DNA of 64,000 nt, from NCBI RefSeq assembly GCF_964204645.1, contig NW_027437437.1:62001-126000 (forward strand), in the 5' to 3' direction. The stretch's first letter is position 1; each line of letters begins with the position of its first letter. The DNA is from Tubulanus polymorphus. Lineage: Eukaryota; Animalia; Nemertea. The position numbers and the translations under genes are program-made. Below are positions 13,741 through 26,797 of this stretch, piece after piece. The notes under the pieces were generated by a model. That model made no database searches. It saw only the letters and a list, made by a program, of their open reading frames with translations, and was not told the origin of the DNA.

Positions 13741-14720
13741 TTTTCACAATAGCGGTCCTCTTAATTGGTGACACTCAAAGAACGCGCGGCTCAGATTTCT
13801 ATTGTGCGCCTATCGCGCGCTGCGCGTGAATCACTTACGTAATCTTTTCTGTAAATGTGAAGACCTCGGGGCATTATGTTCTCTAAAGCCCGACATTATC
13901 CCACATTCCTGACTTTAATTGGTTGATTTTTCGGCACAGTCGACAAGTTTCAACAATTTTCAACTGTTCATTTATGAATAGTTGAGGACTTATGAACTAA
14001 AAATTAGTTAAATTTTCGATACATTTTGAGAAAGTCACAAAACATTTGAGACTGCGTTATGTATGCAAAAAATTTGACATTTCAACTCCCTTCCCCCTGT
14101 ATGCAAAAGCGGCCATTTTTTCATGTACGTTGAGCATTACAGTACGCAATTGAACTTACCCCTCCCCTAATGCGTACGTAATAAATGAATGATCCCACAA
14201 GACAGCCAGAATTGTTGTACAGTTATTTTTCTATTAATTCTCTGACTGATTACTATGTAAAAGTCTAATTTTTTAAGCTGAAAACTTGTGTAAGATGGTA
14301 GAAATATTTATTCTCAAGCGCTTAAAAAAAGACAATGATGTTTCTAAGTTGGCTTTGTTTTTTGTTCATTTAAAAGGAAACAATCATTAAAGACTTCTTT
14401 AAATCTGGACTATAGATTATTACAACATCCACGGGGATAGATACACATTTAATTTGTATGTTCAATAGAAACTGAATTATTGTTGCAAAAGAAACTATTA
14501 TCAAGGCAATGTAATTTTAAAGATTATGGAGGGAAAAATCCAAAAAAGGTTGGACTTTTGGTGGGAAATATTCCAAAAATGCTTGACTCTAACCATGGAC
14601 GTATAAACAACTCTAGCTTATACGTCCATGCTATAACTCAAGTTGGCAAAATTGCACTGATCCGACCCAAAGTGTTCGACATAGGCATGATCTAATGTAA
14701 TAGCACACAATCAGCGGTGT

Positions 14721-14904
14721 GAGATGAAAAATCATTGTAATGGTTGGATATTTACAGTGAGTAGAATAAGTTCAATTAAATTAATGGAAGAAAGCCTTTA
14801 TGGGTTATTTGAGATGAAAAATCATTGTAATGGTTGGATATTTACAGTGAGTAGAATAAGTTCAATTAAATCAATGGAAGAAAAGTCTTTATGGGTTATT
14901 TGAG
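14721..14904. repeat. ~90-bp tandem duplication downstream of the helicase
   Basis: GAGATGAAAAATCATTGTAATGG...GGGTTATTT occurs twice, nearly identical. Confidence 0.9.
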
Positions 14905-14956
14905 GAAGGGTGTACATTTTTATTCAAGAATCAATAGAGGAAGAATACATTCTACA

Positions 14957-17900
14957 TTAACGATCATATTCTGCAAGAACCATTTGATTAGCAGTAAACC
15001 TTGCAGGGGCTAAAGATTCCAGAGCCAGTCCATTGAAGGTGGTCAATCGACTAAGAGCGAGATATGCTTGACCTGGTTGGAAAATTTCTTTACCTAAAGA
15101 CAGAACAGCATTACTGAGAGATAACCCCTGTACTTTATGTATTGTACTAGCCCAACAAGGGGTCAATGGAAATTGAGTGCGAATAATAGATCTTCCACAG
15201 GAAATGAATTCTTGGTGATAAAATTCAATAGGTATAGCATTGTGTAAGTCTTTTCTTTGCAAAATTAGACCCACAGAGGGATCATCAAATTTAACGTGGA
15301 TCTGTGCAATCGTAGATTGATGAGAAGTTTCTGAAGGAGAATCATATTGAAATCCCACAACAGTTCCAATGGCACAATTAACTTATCCATAAGGAGTATT
15401 TATATTTCGCAGTAGCATGACACAAGTATCTATAGAAATTTGAAGTTGTTTTGGTAGCCCCCCAGCAAGTCTGTCATCCTTAGGTATGAGACTATGTGGT
15501 ACCATCATGTGAGGTTGAGAGTCATATTCAGAAAATTCATGTTTGGCTTTAATAACATGAGTTTGAGCTGTAAGTTGCATCTGTTGGTGCATATTAAAAG
15601 CAGCAACTTGTGAATTCAGGGGATATAAGTGTAAGCTTGAATAATAAGGTGCATGAATGTATCGATGAGACGAGTTTTTAAGTAAAGCAAAATCTTCTTC
15701 AGTTGTGCGACCAACACGTACTCGATTGAGTAAAGAAGCATAAGTTAGATCCTGTAGCTGGCGAACATTTTGGGTAAGAAACGGTTGAAATAGAGGCCAT
15801 AGTATTAAGTCGGTAAAGGCAAATTTTCCACGCACAGGGCGAAGTTGGAAGAAGTCTCCTATGAGTATAACATTAATACCTCCAAATAAGTCATTATCAT
15901 TTTTAACAGCACATAAACGACGATGAACATAGGAAAGTGTTTTAGCGCTTACCATACTAACTTCATCTATTATTAATGTGTGGACATATCGATATCGAGA
16001 GTGGAGCATGCTTTGAATTCGAGGTGTAAGTTCTTCGAGTTGTAAGTGTATTGAGGTTCAAAACCATGCTGAACTGGTAAATGAAAAGCAGAATGTAAAG
16101 TTACCCCATTGATATTTCTAGCAGCTAAGCCAGTAGGAGCAGTAATTAATATGGGATCTTCTCCAGGATGCATAGGCTTTTCTAATCGTAGCCATTCTGC
16201 AATGCATTTAGTGAGATAAGTTTTTCCCACACCAGCTCCACCAGTTATGAATATCCGTAGAGGAGAGCTACTCATAGTAGAATTTGTTTGTGTGCGGTAA
16301 TGCTGGAAAACTGCTTGCATCACATACATTTGATCAGGAGTTAAAGAATTGAGACATGTTTCAAGGTTAAAATCAGTAGCCATAGGCATTTTCAAGGTAT
16401 GCCACTGTATATCATCATTGTTAGGAAGGGATAAACTTGAATTGTGATTGCTAATGTTAGTATGAGTGTAGTTTGAGGGTAATAGATTAGTTTTATTATG
16501 TAGAATATCAAGAGTTGGGGCGGAAAGTATTGCAATTTCGTATGCATTGAGATTGATATGTCTAATTGCATGCTGAATATCTTCAGCAAAATGTTCATAA
16601 CTTAGTAATGTTGTGTCCAATTGATTGCTATAATGAATAAATGCATCTTGAGCATTTTCAAAACCTTTGAAAAGAGATATTTCATCTCGGTGAGGCATGT
16701 GTAGCATAGTGATGCTGTAGTAGTAGTCATTTTGAAATCTTAAACAGTGAGGTGTTCTAATGACAGCTTGGAAACTTCTTTTTCGGATAACTTTCTTACA
16801 GTAGACTTTTAAGAGATGATATCTTGGTAGCCGCCTTTTAAAAAGTTCAGATATTTTGAGAGGACAAAGCACAAACCAGCTAGAAAATGATAAGAGAATA
16901 GGATTCTAGTTCAGTGGGACGAGCGTGGTAATACTCAACCATACCGGGGATGAAAGGGCAGGTTTCAATAATTGATGTTCGAGAAGATGTAGGTTTTCCA
17001 ACGTTTATGCGGAGGTAAAGTATTGATGTATACAGTTGCACGTGATGAATCAATGAGTTGTAATTGACCTATGCGATAAGCAGCCTCTTGTGCACTAAGG
17101 CGTCTGGATTTGAGTACACAGAAACCAATTTTCAATTGACGCTGTCGGGTTGTTATGTCAGGGGTGTTAGCTAGCTCTTGAATAACATTGGAGAGTGCTG
17201 TTTTCAATGCCTGGGGTTCTGATTTGCACAAGTAAGCACAAACATAGTACGCAGCTGTAAGGGCATTATTGCCTTTTATCTGGATGTCCAAGTTAGCTTG
17301 CCATAAACGCAAAATGGCAAAAGTATATGCATTTACGAATTCATCCCCTTCATTTCTAGCAGGTTCATAAAACTGACATTTATTACAAGAATTGAGGTCA
17401 ACATGTGAAATGAGTTTTGTTTGAAGACACAATCGTTTTGGGAATCCATACCTGCATTGTTTACCTCGTTTATTGCACTTATGTGAATGAGAATGTTTTT
17501 TGCACTTATGTGAATGAGAATGTTTTTGTAATGATGTTACTAAATTCTGAAGTTTAGGATCAGAGTCAGCAGGTATTTGAGTTGATATGATAGAATTGAC
17601 GAAAGAGACGATGTCGTCATAAGAATAAGTTTGAAAATTAGGTGGATTCTTTAACCAGAAGAATATATGTAGATGACTAGATCCCCGCATTTGAAATTCA
17701 GTGCGAGCAAAATAATCAGCTATGTCTCCCAGAGGTTTCAATGGTTCTTTCAAAATGTGGTTGAGTAAAGCTTTCCAACGGCGTTCAAAGTGTAAAGCTG
17801 TTATGAGAGTGTTTTGCCGAACCAGATTTGGCTGAGAGAGATCTTTTATGTGGGAAATATTATTTTCCATGTTATTAAGGTTAGCTATAAGGAAATCATA

Positions 17901-18400
17901 TAGCTCAGGCCAATGGTGATCATTAGCAGACAAGGTTACAAACAATGTTGGTGGGCCTAGGCATTTCATCATTGCTAGTAGATTGTATAGCGAACTTCTG
18001 AAATAGGCTGCAGTTCCTCGAATAGTTTTTGTGAACATGTATGTATTACTTATCTCAGCGCTTGAAAAAATGATTAGCATTATTATGATCAGTAGGTTGT
18101 TTAGGCTTCATCCGCGCATAAACACTAACTGTGTTAAAAAGAAGAGATTTTTCATAAGTATTGACCGCATTGAAAATGTAGGAAATGTCCTGACGCCAAC
18201 GAGGGTCAATATTGTATAGTCGCTGGTGGTAGTACTTCAATATACTAAGAGGTTGACTACGTACTGTGGATATACCATTTTTACATCTGGGAATAGCCAT
18301 GGGAAAGCCATTTCTTCTCCAAAGGGGATAGTTTCAATATCCGTGGGTTTTGATAGACGTGGCAGTTGTATGGCAGTTAAATTTGTGGGATAGTGCAATT
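14957..18400 (-). pseudogene. Helitron Rep (HUH) - PIF1 helicase, frameshifted
   Basis: Rep motifs PTLFVTLSAND..W, RTEFQMRGSSHLHIFFW, YVCAYLCK; helicase motifs GGAGVGKT, LIIDEVSMV, GDFFQLRPV, TIHKVQGLSL, GQAYLALSR; split over five ORFs. Confidence 0.95.
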
Positions 18401-18431
18401 GGTAGATATAGAACTATAATGGAGAAATTCA

Positions 18432-19113
18432 TCAATGTTTACAGCCGTAGGGGGCCGTTGTTGTAGTAGGAAAACATGGAGTCAAATCATACGCAGCTGT
18501 TCGGTAGACATCAAGGAGGTAACGTTTTAGTTCAGCAAGAGATTTGAAAGTTAAAATGACAGCATTTCCAGTTGGATCAAAATGCCCTGATTGATTGCGG
18601 CAGTGGGAGTCTAGAGTGCAGTATGGGCCATCATTATTGTAAATGAGTAGAATTGTCACACCTGATGCAGTGAATAAATTGAAATGGGATAATGAAAAAG
18701 CTGCAGGTAGTGAAGATGACAAAGAAGAAGACAATGCTTCATTATCATCCTGCTGTCCAACAGTACCATAAAACGAATCAAAAGAATAAGATATCTGAAT
18801 GTCACAATCATTGTTTGATAGTTGAGCAGAAGATCCATTGATGGATAATGTTACCATAGTTGGTTAGTCAATATGAGCCAGGTAGTCAAATCTGGGACTT
18901 TCAAGGCCCACATATTGCAGAATATCGCCATAAAAATATGTTCCATTTCTTGTAATAGTGTTCAAATGATCAGATGTCCAACTATTCAAATCATGAGGGT
19001 ACTGTGCGTTAAATAATGTAAACAATATTCCGAGTAGGCAGATGGCAGTACATTGACGTCCACGTAAACTTATTGGAAAGCTACTGTCACCTTGGTTAAT
19101 ACTTCCATGTTCC
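18432..19113 (-). pseudogene. Herpesvirus large-tegument-like cysteine protease/deubiquitinase domain (peptidase C76-like)
   Basis: Manual translation upstream of and in frame with ORF 18432-18857 gives HGSINQGDSSFPISLRGRQCTAIC (Cys codon 19050-19052); downstream LDSHCRNQSG...GNAV supplies D-x-H; one in-frame stop at 18864-18866. Confidence 0.82.
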
Positions 19114-19489
19114 AGTCACCGATTTAAAACCAAAGGCTTGATTTCGCTTACGGTTTAACATTTTGTTATAAGATCGAAATTGAATAGTGAGGCCTAATCG
19201 TGTAAAAATACCTTTCTTTCTCAGATCGTGTCGATAGAGTACGAGTTCTAATCTTCGCGAACGATCTCCCACGCGCGCACGAGGTCTTCAGAACGAAACT
19301 AACTTCCGCTTCCGGGTGGATCCAGAGTTGATTAGGCCAACGGACCTGGTGTTTTGTTGCCTGGACCGCATTCCGCTCAAGCGAATACGACGACGAAAAG
19401 TTCTATCAAAATGATATATTATTTCTTTTCTTTTCTACTTTGAAATTAGAATTACTTCTTCGAAATTAGAATTACTTCTAGTATTTAGA

Positions 19490-20290
19490 AGTCAGAATTG
19501 CTAGAAAAAGGATTATTTGATTTAACTGATGATGAATTAGAAACATTTCCTGAACAAGCACGTTGAGAAATTAAAGGTATGCAAGAATCAGCTGGTGAAA
19601 TTGCTAATATTAAGATGAGATTTTCTAAAATAACCATGTTAGAAAAAGAATTAACTAATGCATATGAAGGATTAAAACAATAAGAATTAGATAAAAATCT
19701 TCAAGTAATAGAGGAAGCTGATTATGAAAGCAGAAAGTTAGCTTTAGAACAAAAAAATAGATGATTTAAAACATAACAAAGAATTTCAGGAAAAAGAAAG
19801 AGATATATTATTAAAATCATTTGACCTTAATCATATTAAAAAATTAAAAGTTATTTTTAAAGATTTGTTGATTAAACCAAATTCTGAAATATCACTAACA
19901 GATAGAATAAAATTATTATTTAAATTAGAAGGAATAACAATTCTTTCAATTCTAACAGCTGTAACTATGGTATTTACAACAATAGGTTTAGCAATATCAA
20001 ATTCATTAAAATCTACTCCTACTCCCAATAAACCGGATAAACCACCGACTGATAATAATTCTATACAGGATAAAGTTAAGGATGGTTTAAGAAAATTAGC
20101 AAAATATTTATGAGAACTATCTAAAAAATCTGCTGCAGCATTACCCGGAGTTATTGCATCAATTGTTGGTTTTATATTGAAATCTGCAGGAAGTATTATT
20201 AACTTTGCTGCTGAACATATAATTTTATTTTTAAATACAGTTGTAAGTGCTATAATTTTTGGGTTAGTGAATATGATAAAAAATAAATGA
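19490..20290 (+). pseudogene. Coiled-coil/transmembrane Polinton protein, 3' part
   Basis: LLFKLEGITILSILTAV...AAALPG..ASIVGFIL matches copy B 40383-40787; several stops. Confidence 0.8.
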
Positions 20291-20310
20291 TTAGTTTTTT
20301 TGTTAAATAA

Positions 20311-21552
20311 ATGAATGGGAGTTATATAAATCCTTATAAGAATCATATAATATTTAATGCTATTAAAGTAGAAAGATCACATCATATAATTACTCATAAT
20401 CCTTCTAATATTAATCCTGATGAAACTTTATATGTTAGAATCCCTAGATCAACACAAAATACTTTTTATGTTCCAAATAGTATTTATTTATCAGCTGATA
20501 TAAAAGTAACCGGTAGTAATAATAATTATGTTGTCGATAATAATGGAAGATATTTGATTAAAACATTAACTATAAAGATTGATCTAGAAACAGTTTTCTC
20601 ATCAGATGATTATAATTTATTTATGCATTATAAAGATTTATGGTTAACAAAAGAAAATAGAAATAATATAATATTTCAAGGCATCCAATCAGAAAACTAA
20701 AATAAATTAAGATCAGAAGCTAATAATGCAGTAGTAACTAATGCTACAGATAATATGATCAAAAAGATTTATGGAAGCAAATATAAAATTCCATTAGATT
20801 TTGAATTGATAAATAATAATGCACCTTTGTATAAATACGCAATTCAAGAAGATGTTATATTCGAAATAACATTTGCTCCTGTTAATGAAATTTTATTATC
20901 TAGCGATGTTAAAGATATGGGTTATAAATTATCGAATATATGTTTAGAATATGATACAGTAACTGATGAAAATATTGCTAACACAATTCAAACTCAATAC
21001 AAGGATTTTCATTATCATATGATTATATTGATAAATTTAAAACTGTAATTATTAATGCAAATGATGAAATAATTAATGAGAATATTAACTTCCCAAGAAG
21101 ATCTATTAAAGGTATATTAATATTTTTACTATTGCAACATATACTAATGGCTCAATACAGGTTGATAAGTATTGTAATCCTGAAATAACAAAAGTAGAAA
21201 TAACTATCGAAGGAATAGCAAATAAGATATCTTGCCAAGGAATGAGAATGATAGATCAGTGGCCAGAAATTAGAAAACATTTTATGAATGAAAAAGTAAA
21301 ATCATCTGAAAATTGTAATATTAATCAAATTGATTATTATACCGGTAATAAATATGCATTATGGTTAGATTTTAGAACAACAGAGGTTAATTTATTACAT
21401 GGTTCTGGAAAAAAAACTACAGAACACTAAAGATGGGATACAATTATTCATGACAAAAAAAAGGAAGCTTAAATTTCAAAATGCACATTTATATTATATC
21501 TGACGCACAATTAAATATTGTAAATAATCAATTAAATAGTGTTATGTATTAG
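20311..21552 (+). pseudogene. Major capsid protein (double jelly-roll type), copy A
   Basis: ITHNPSNINPDETLYVRIP...LSNICLEYD...KYALWLDFRT...LHGSG...HIYIISDAQLNI; ~410 codons with stops and frameshifts. Confidence 0.85.
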
Positions 21553-21584
21553 AATTTTACTTTTAATCAAAAAATTTATAATAA

Positions 21585-22763
21585 ATGGAAGGAGGAATAT
21601 ATGAAATACAAAGTCCAAGTGAAATGATACCAGATATATATTATATAATACCTTATGATGAATACAGTAAGTATTTTGGAGAATACTTCTATTAATTCAA
21701 ATATAGAATAAGTAAAATTGATAATAATATTGAAACAAAAATAGAAGATAATATTGAATCTAAAACAGATAATAATATTGAAACAAAAATAAAAGATAAT
21801 AATATTGAATCTAAAATAGAAGATAATGTTATACCTTCTACATCGAATGATGATACGATTGAACCTGATATCAAAACCAAAAAGACAAATGAAAAATATT
21901 GTGACGTATGTAAACAGTATAAAAGTTATAAGAATTGGGCAACTCATCTTAATTCACTCAAGCATAAGAAAAATAAGAATAAGACTATCAATGAATTGAA
22001 TAATAATAGTGAAATTGATAATGATAATGTTAAAGAAGATAAATATTGTGAAGAATGTGATAAATATATCAGTCGTAGTAATTTTTCAAAGCATAAATTA
22101 ACTCAAATACATTTGCATAATGTAGAAAGAAATATATGTGAAAAGTGTAATGTTGTTGTATTACCTAAAGATAAAATCAAACATGATATTTCTATTGAAC
22201 ATACAATAAAATCTATTGATTCAAAACGCCTTCCAACATAGAGTTCCAACTGTATTTTTTGATATCGAAAATAATAATCATAGGAAATTATATAGATCAA
22301 TTTTTATCGATTATGTAAGAAATAATCCAAAACAAGTATTATCAGATCTAAAAACTCGTCGGACATATATAAAAACATTTCCAGGTGATTATTCAGGTAT
22401 ACATTATTTCATAAAATTTAAAAATACAGATTTTTTAACAGACTTGAAAAAAGTTGCTGCTAATGATAATTATGATAATAAAAGTGATAACTTTGATGAA
22501 ATAATTCAATATTACAGTTATGAAGATTTTTTACAGGATGTTATAAATGAAATAAGAAATGATGTAAAAAATAAATATAAAAATATAAGTGAAGACAAAT
22601 TGAACCAATATATTTATTAACTTATGAATTGGATGCTAAGAATTTGAGTGCTGTTGATGGTTATCATACTAAACTATTAGGTGAAGTTGAAGGTAATAGA
22701 AAATCACAAGAATTAAAAGATGCGCGGCTCAAATTGTTTTTAGAATTAGAATCAGAAAAGTAA
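21585..22763 (+). pseudogene. Multi-C2H2 zinc-finger protein with DNNIE(T/S)K repeats (variable slot after MCP)
   Basis: YCDVC...H.....H, YCEEC...H.....H, ICEKC...H.....H; ~27-bp coding repeats at ~21720-21830. Confidence 0.7.
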
Positions 22764-22779
22764 TTTAAAATATGAATAT

Positions 22780-23378
22780 AATACCCTTGTGTCTTTATTG
22801 TCTTTAGTACTTTTAGTACTTTTAGTACATAAAGAATAAATCTTTATATTATAAGTAGTGAATAAAATCATTTTTAAAACTACTAAACTACTAAAGATAA
22901 TAAAGACATAAATATATATAATTACTGTTTCAATAATAATATTTATTTATCACACATATTTATTATATATTACTGTTTCAATAATGATAAATATCATAGA
23001 TTTATCATATATAAAAATTATTTATATATTTATTTTTCTAAGTACTAATAAAATAAAGATTTATTCTTTATGTACTAAAAGTACTATTAAGATAATAAAG
23101 ACATAACAAATACACATAGATGTATTATATATATTTGATTCAGTAATAAATATCGTAGATTTATTTATTATTTATCTCACAGATTTATTATATATATTTG
23201 ATTCAATAATGATAAATCTATGTGTGTTTGTTATGTCTCTATTGTCTTTATTGTCTTTAGTAGTTTAGTAGTTTTTAAAAATAATTTTATTTTTAAAGTA
23301 TTGATAAAATAAAGATTTATTCTTTATGTACTAAAAGTACTAAAAGTACTAAAGATAATAAAGACATAAGGAGGTATT
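22780..23378. repeat. ~600-bp palindromic region of inverted TCTTTAT/TTTAGTAC repeat arrays between convergent gene blocks (copy A)
   Basis: Left arm CTTGTGTCTTTATTGTCTTTAGTACTTTTAGTAC... is the reverse complement of the right arm ending ...AAAGACATAAGG; internal partial copies. Confidence 0.88.
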
Positions 23379-23407
23379 AATTTGAAATAGTTTAAATTAT
23401 TCTAATT

Positions 23408-24021
23408 TTATTTTATAAATTTATATTCATAGGGAAATTGAAGCCTCAGAAGTAATTTTGCTAACCTTTACTAATCTTTAATTTATTCATATATTCATCA
23501 TGTAATTCAGTAGGTATAATTTGATTTTCTTCCAATGATTGTTGCATAGATTTTCTATCTTTGTTATAAAATAAAACTAGAAATCTTATATTCTCCCTAA
23601 AGTCTTTAACAATTGAATTATATTTTTGATTTAAAACCCATGTTGTTATCCCAAAATGTCTCCCAGAGAAAGCTAGATAACATAACTCACTTTCTCTTAC
23701 TTTTGAATCATGTAAATTTGCACAATCATCTATAATGAATAATGTATTTGATCCTTTATAAATATCAATTGCTATTTTAATACAATTATCTAAATTTTCT
23801 TTTACTGTTTTAGGATCTAATATAATAAACTTTTTTATCTTAACTATATCTCTATTATATGTTTTATTCATTTCATAAGTAGGACAAAATAATATTATAT
23901 TAACAAAATGATTCTTATAATTAGTTTCTAACAAGTCTAATATGAAATATGTTTTACCACAGTTGGTTACCCCAGTAACTAACATATTATGCGGTTCAAA
24001 TATAAATAAATCTTTATTCAT
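23408..24021 (-). pseudogene. A32-like (FtsK-HerA) packaging ATPase, copy A
   Basis: Walker A GVTNCGKT, Walker B FIIDD, SGRH motif; premature end at 23461. Confidence 0.9.
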
Positions 24022-24896
24022 TTATTCTTTTAATTTTACTAGATAAAATCCATTCATTAAATTATTATCTTTTTAATCTTGAATATTTCTTCAGTAAAGT
24101 TAGGGGTATAACCTTTATAAAAGGTTTTTCTATATTTAGATATTCTTACATGTTGTCCTATCTTAAATTTAGGTTCTCCGAAATCATATGTAACAAACGC
24201 ACCATATAAATTATTCCAAACTATTTCTGAATTATCTTCTTTTCTAGCTTGTATAGGTTTCATATTTATAGAACTATGTTTAGAATTATTATAAACTTTC
24301 ACCAAATCATCTAATATATCGATATATTTATATGTTTCATTAGCAGTAAAATATTTCCACATTCTAGTTTTCAATGTTTTATTAAATCTTTCTATAATAG
24401 ATGCTTTTTTATCTGAGTGTGTTGAAAAATAATCTACATCGTTATCAGATAATAATTGTTTAAAATGTTTATTATAAAATTCTTTACCTTCATCAAATTG
24501 TATCTTATCTGGAATAGCTTCTTTAAATATTGATTTAAAAGCATTTGTTATTTTTAATTGGAATTGACCACGCGTATCTACTGAATATGTCTATAACATT
24601 TAATATCCAGAAATATCCTTTGTTGTATTCTTCTAAGTTCTTCATGTCAATGAAATCTGCTCGCCATTGTTGATCAATATATGAATCATAACTTTTCTTG
24701 TTAAATAAGTTTTATCCATTTTCTTCTGGATTTGATATGTTGGTTGATTTTGTAACCATAATCTTAATTCACTATATTTTATATCACCATTTTCTTTATC
24801 AGATTTAATTTTATCCCATAATTCTGTAACGCAAGAATATGATACTTCACTTTTTGGGTTGTAATATAACTCTCTTAAATATTGTTCTTTTTTCAT
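24014..24896 (-). pseudogene. Retroviral-like integrase, copy A (frameshifts; ~0.2-kb deletion removing most of the chromodomain)
   Basis: Direct homology to intact 43768-44859. Confidence 0.9.
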
Positions 24897-24902
24897 CTTA
24901 TT

Positions 24903-25271
24903 TTAATCCATTAATAATAATTTAGATTTAGTTTCAATGACTTTATGATTTGACTTATTTTCTGGTATAATAGGTTTATTATCATTGGAATCATCTTTAT
25001 CATCAGATTTATACTTATATTTATATATTACACCAGAGAATATAATAACTGTTACTAATCCAATTGTAATATATAAGTAATTATTTCTTCCACTATTAGA
25101 AGAATTAGATGGATTATTATTTGAATCAATATCAGATAAAGTCTGTGATTCATTTAAATCAGTTAATTTCTTTTTCTTAGCTTTTTTTAATTCTGCAGAT
25201 CTTTTACCTAATTCTCTTGCCCATATAATTTGTTTCTCGGATCTCGGCTTCTTCTTAACGCCATCACTCAT
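24903..25271 (-). CDS. Polinton small protein, basic N-terminus plus one transmembrane segment
   Basis: Intact 122-aa ORF, orthologous to 44866-45264. Confidence 0.75.
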   Translation of the reverse strand: MSDGVKKKPRSEKQIIWARELGKRSAELKKAKKKKLTDLNESQTLSDIDSNNNPSNSSNSGRNNYLYITIGLVTVIIFSGVIYKYKYKSDDKDDSNDNKPIIPENKSNHKVIETKSKLLLMD

Positions 25272-25873
25272 TTATTTTAGTTAATTTTTGTTTTGATTCA
25301 TTTTCTGTTTCACCGTTTGGGTGTCGTACGGCGCCATCTGTTTCGTTCTTACCTGATTTATATTCCATAGGCTTGATATTCGAAAATGTTATGACACCAG
25401 TAGAAATTAATGTCATAACCGATCCTAATTGGAATGATGCGTATCCAACCCATTTTTGTAATTCAGTCATAACTAAGTAGTCATTTTTCAAATCAGTATA
25501 TAATTTATTTTCATCATCAATTGACATTAACAGGTTACATAATTTTGAATAACATTTGACAATACCATCAGAAATAGAATCATTTATTCGGGCCAATGTT
25601 GCCTCCTCGTAAATCTTAAAATATTTTATTACTTTATCTGGTTTCATAGCATCTAATTCTTGAAAAGTAATGATCTTAGTTAAAAATTGATTACACTTTC
25701 CGCTAGCAATTAGTAATTCAAGATGGTGCTTACAATATAAGTAGTATTCATAATCAATATTACAATTAATATTATTTTCAATTTTGGTCGGAATATCCTT
25801 ATTATCACTAATGCCCAAATCATCTAATGTTTTTTTCAATGTTGGTATTATTCTTACTCGATTTCTTTGACAT
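25264..25873 (-). pseudogene. Polinton hypothetical protein
   Basis: Orthologous to ~45270-45861; TAAATG start at 25873; early frameshift. Confidence 0.7.
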
Positions 25874-26104
25874 TTATATTAGAGAAAAAAGCAAGAAAAA
25901 TATTATAAGTATTATAAAATGATACTAGATAGTTACAGTTAAAGAATTCTAGTATTAGTTATTGTTTTTTTAGTATTTTTTATTTGTGACATAAAGTATT
26001 CTCTTTTTGAAAAAAATAACAGATTTTGAAAAAAATTAAAATAGAAATAATGGCTAGTTGAAGTATGTAATTTTTATTATATTTTATTTGAATTCTATTA
26101 TTCT

Positions 26105-26797
26105 TTAACCATTTATTAAAGACTCAACGTATTGTTCATTATTTGGATCATTATTCCATAATTCAATAAATTTCTTTGCTTTATCCAGTTGATCCAAATA
26201 TAACTGTAAATCTAGTTAATTAAATTTTATTTTATTATCTTTCTTTTTAAGAGGTCTTAAATTCTTCCAATTCCAAATTAGTTTTTTATTGTGTTCAGCA
26301 TTCATGTTAAATTTAGATATTGGTAATCGATATCAAAATAATCTCCCTATAATTCATTTGACCATCGAATTGAAATATAATCCATGATTTAAGAAATTTA
26401 TCTGAACAGCCTAATAATTAGATTAGTGTGGCTGAATGCGTTTCTTTACTGAATAATTTTGATAATCTATTTCGCAAATATTGTTTCATTTTTAAATTAA
26501 GATCTGTTTGACGCCTTTCTTTATGATAATTTTTATTATACACTTTAATATGTTCTAAATGATTTTCTTTCCATTGCTTATTTTATCTTTGCGTGTTTCA
26601 GTATTATTTCTATAATTTTGTTTGCCACTTAGTTTACTACACGTTTTACAATAACTTTGCTTACCATCTTTCTGAGTTTTATAATTATAATATTCCGAGA
26701 GTTGTTTATATATTTTGCATTTACAACATTTCTTCTGATAAATATTTATAACATCATTATTGTTTATATTTATAGCTTGTTGTTGTTCTGACTCCAT
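26105..26797 (-). pseudogene. HNH endonuclease with N-terminal CxxC...CxxC (large-DNA-virus/phage type), copy A inner copy
   Basis: KKCCKCK...KDGKQSYCKTC, LLGCS..FLKSWI.FQFD, NWKNLRPL; fragmented. Confidence 0.78.

Larger units (their letters stand above)
7086..14057. mobile_element. Non-coding ~7-kb DNA element with ~500-650-bp TIRs and 6-bp TSD TATGTA; superfamily unassigned
   Basis: ACGCAGTCTCAAATGTTTTGTGACTTTCTC at 7086, reverse complement ending at 14057; TATGTA at 7080-7085 and 14058-14063; inverted similarity extends to ~7580 and ~13405. Confidence 0.88.
7064..14196. mobile_element. Harbinger/Tourist-like MITE (~155 bp) split into 7064-7085 and 14058-14196
   Basis: TIR GGGATCATTCATTTATTA(T/C)GTA at 7064, reverse complement ending at 14196; rejoining the halves restores the symmetric TIR. 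Confidence 0.75.
3952..19380 (-). mobile_element. Helitron/Helentron-type rolling-circle transposon, decayed; termini not resolved; contains nested insertions
   Basis: Co-oriented DUB-like domain, Rep-Hel and RPA-like gene; removing the 7064-14196 insertion places the RPA ATG ~0.9 kb downstream of the helicase stop. Confidence 0.75.

Noticed and set aside
19380-19490. Left terminus/TSD of Polinton copy A and the exact Helitron 5' end
   Set aside because: No AGTAATAGGG terminus or GACGTT duplication here; the junction looks like a deletion with a small ~21-bp tandem duplication.
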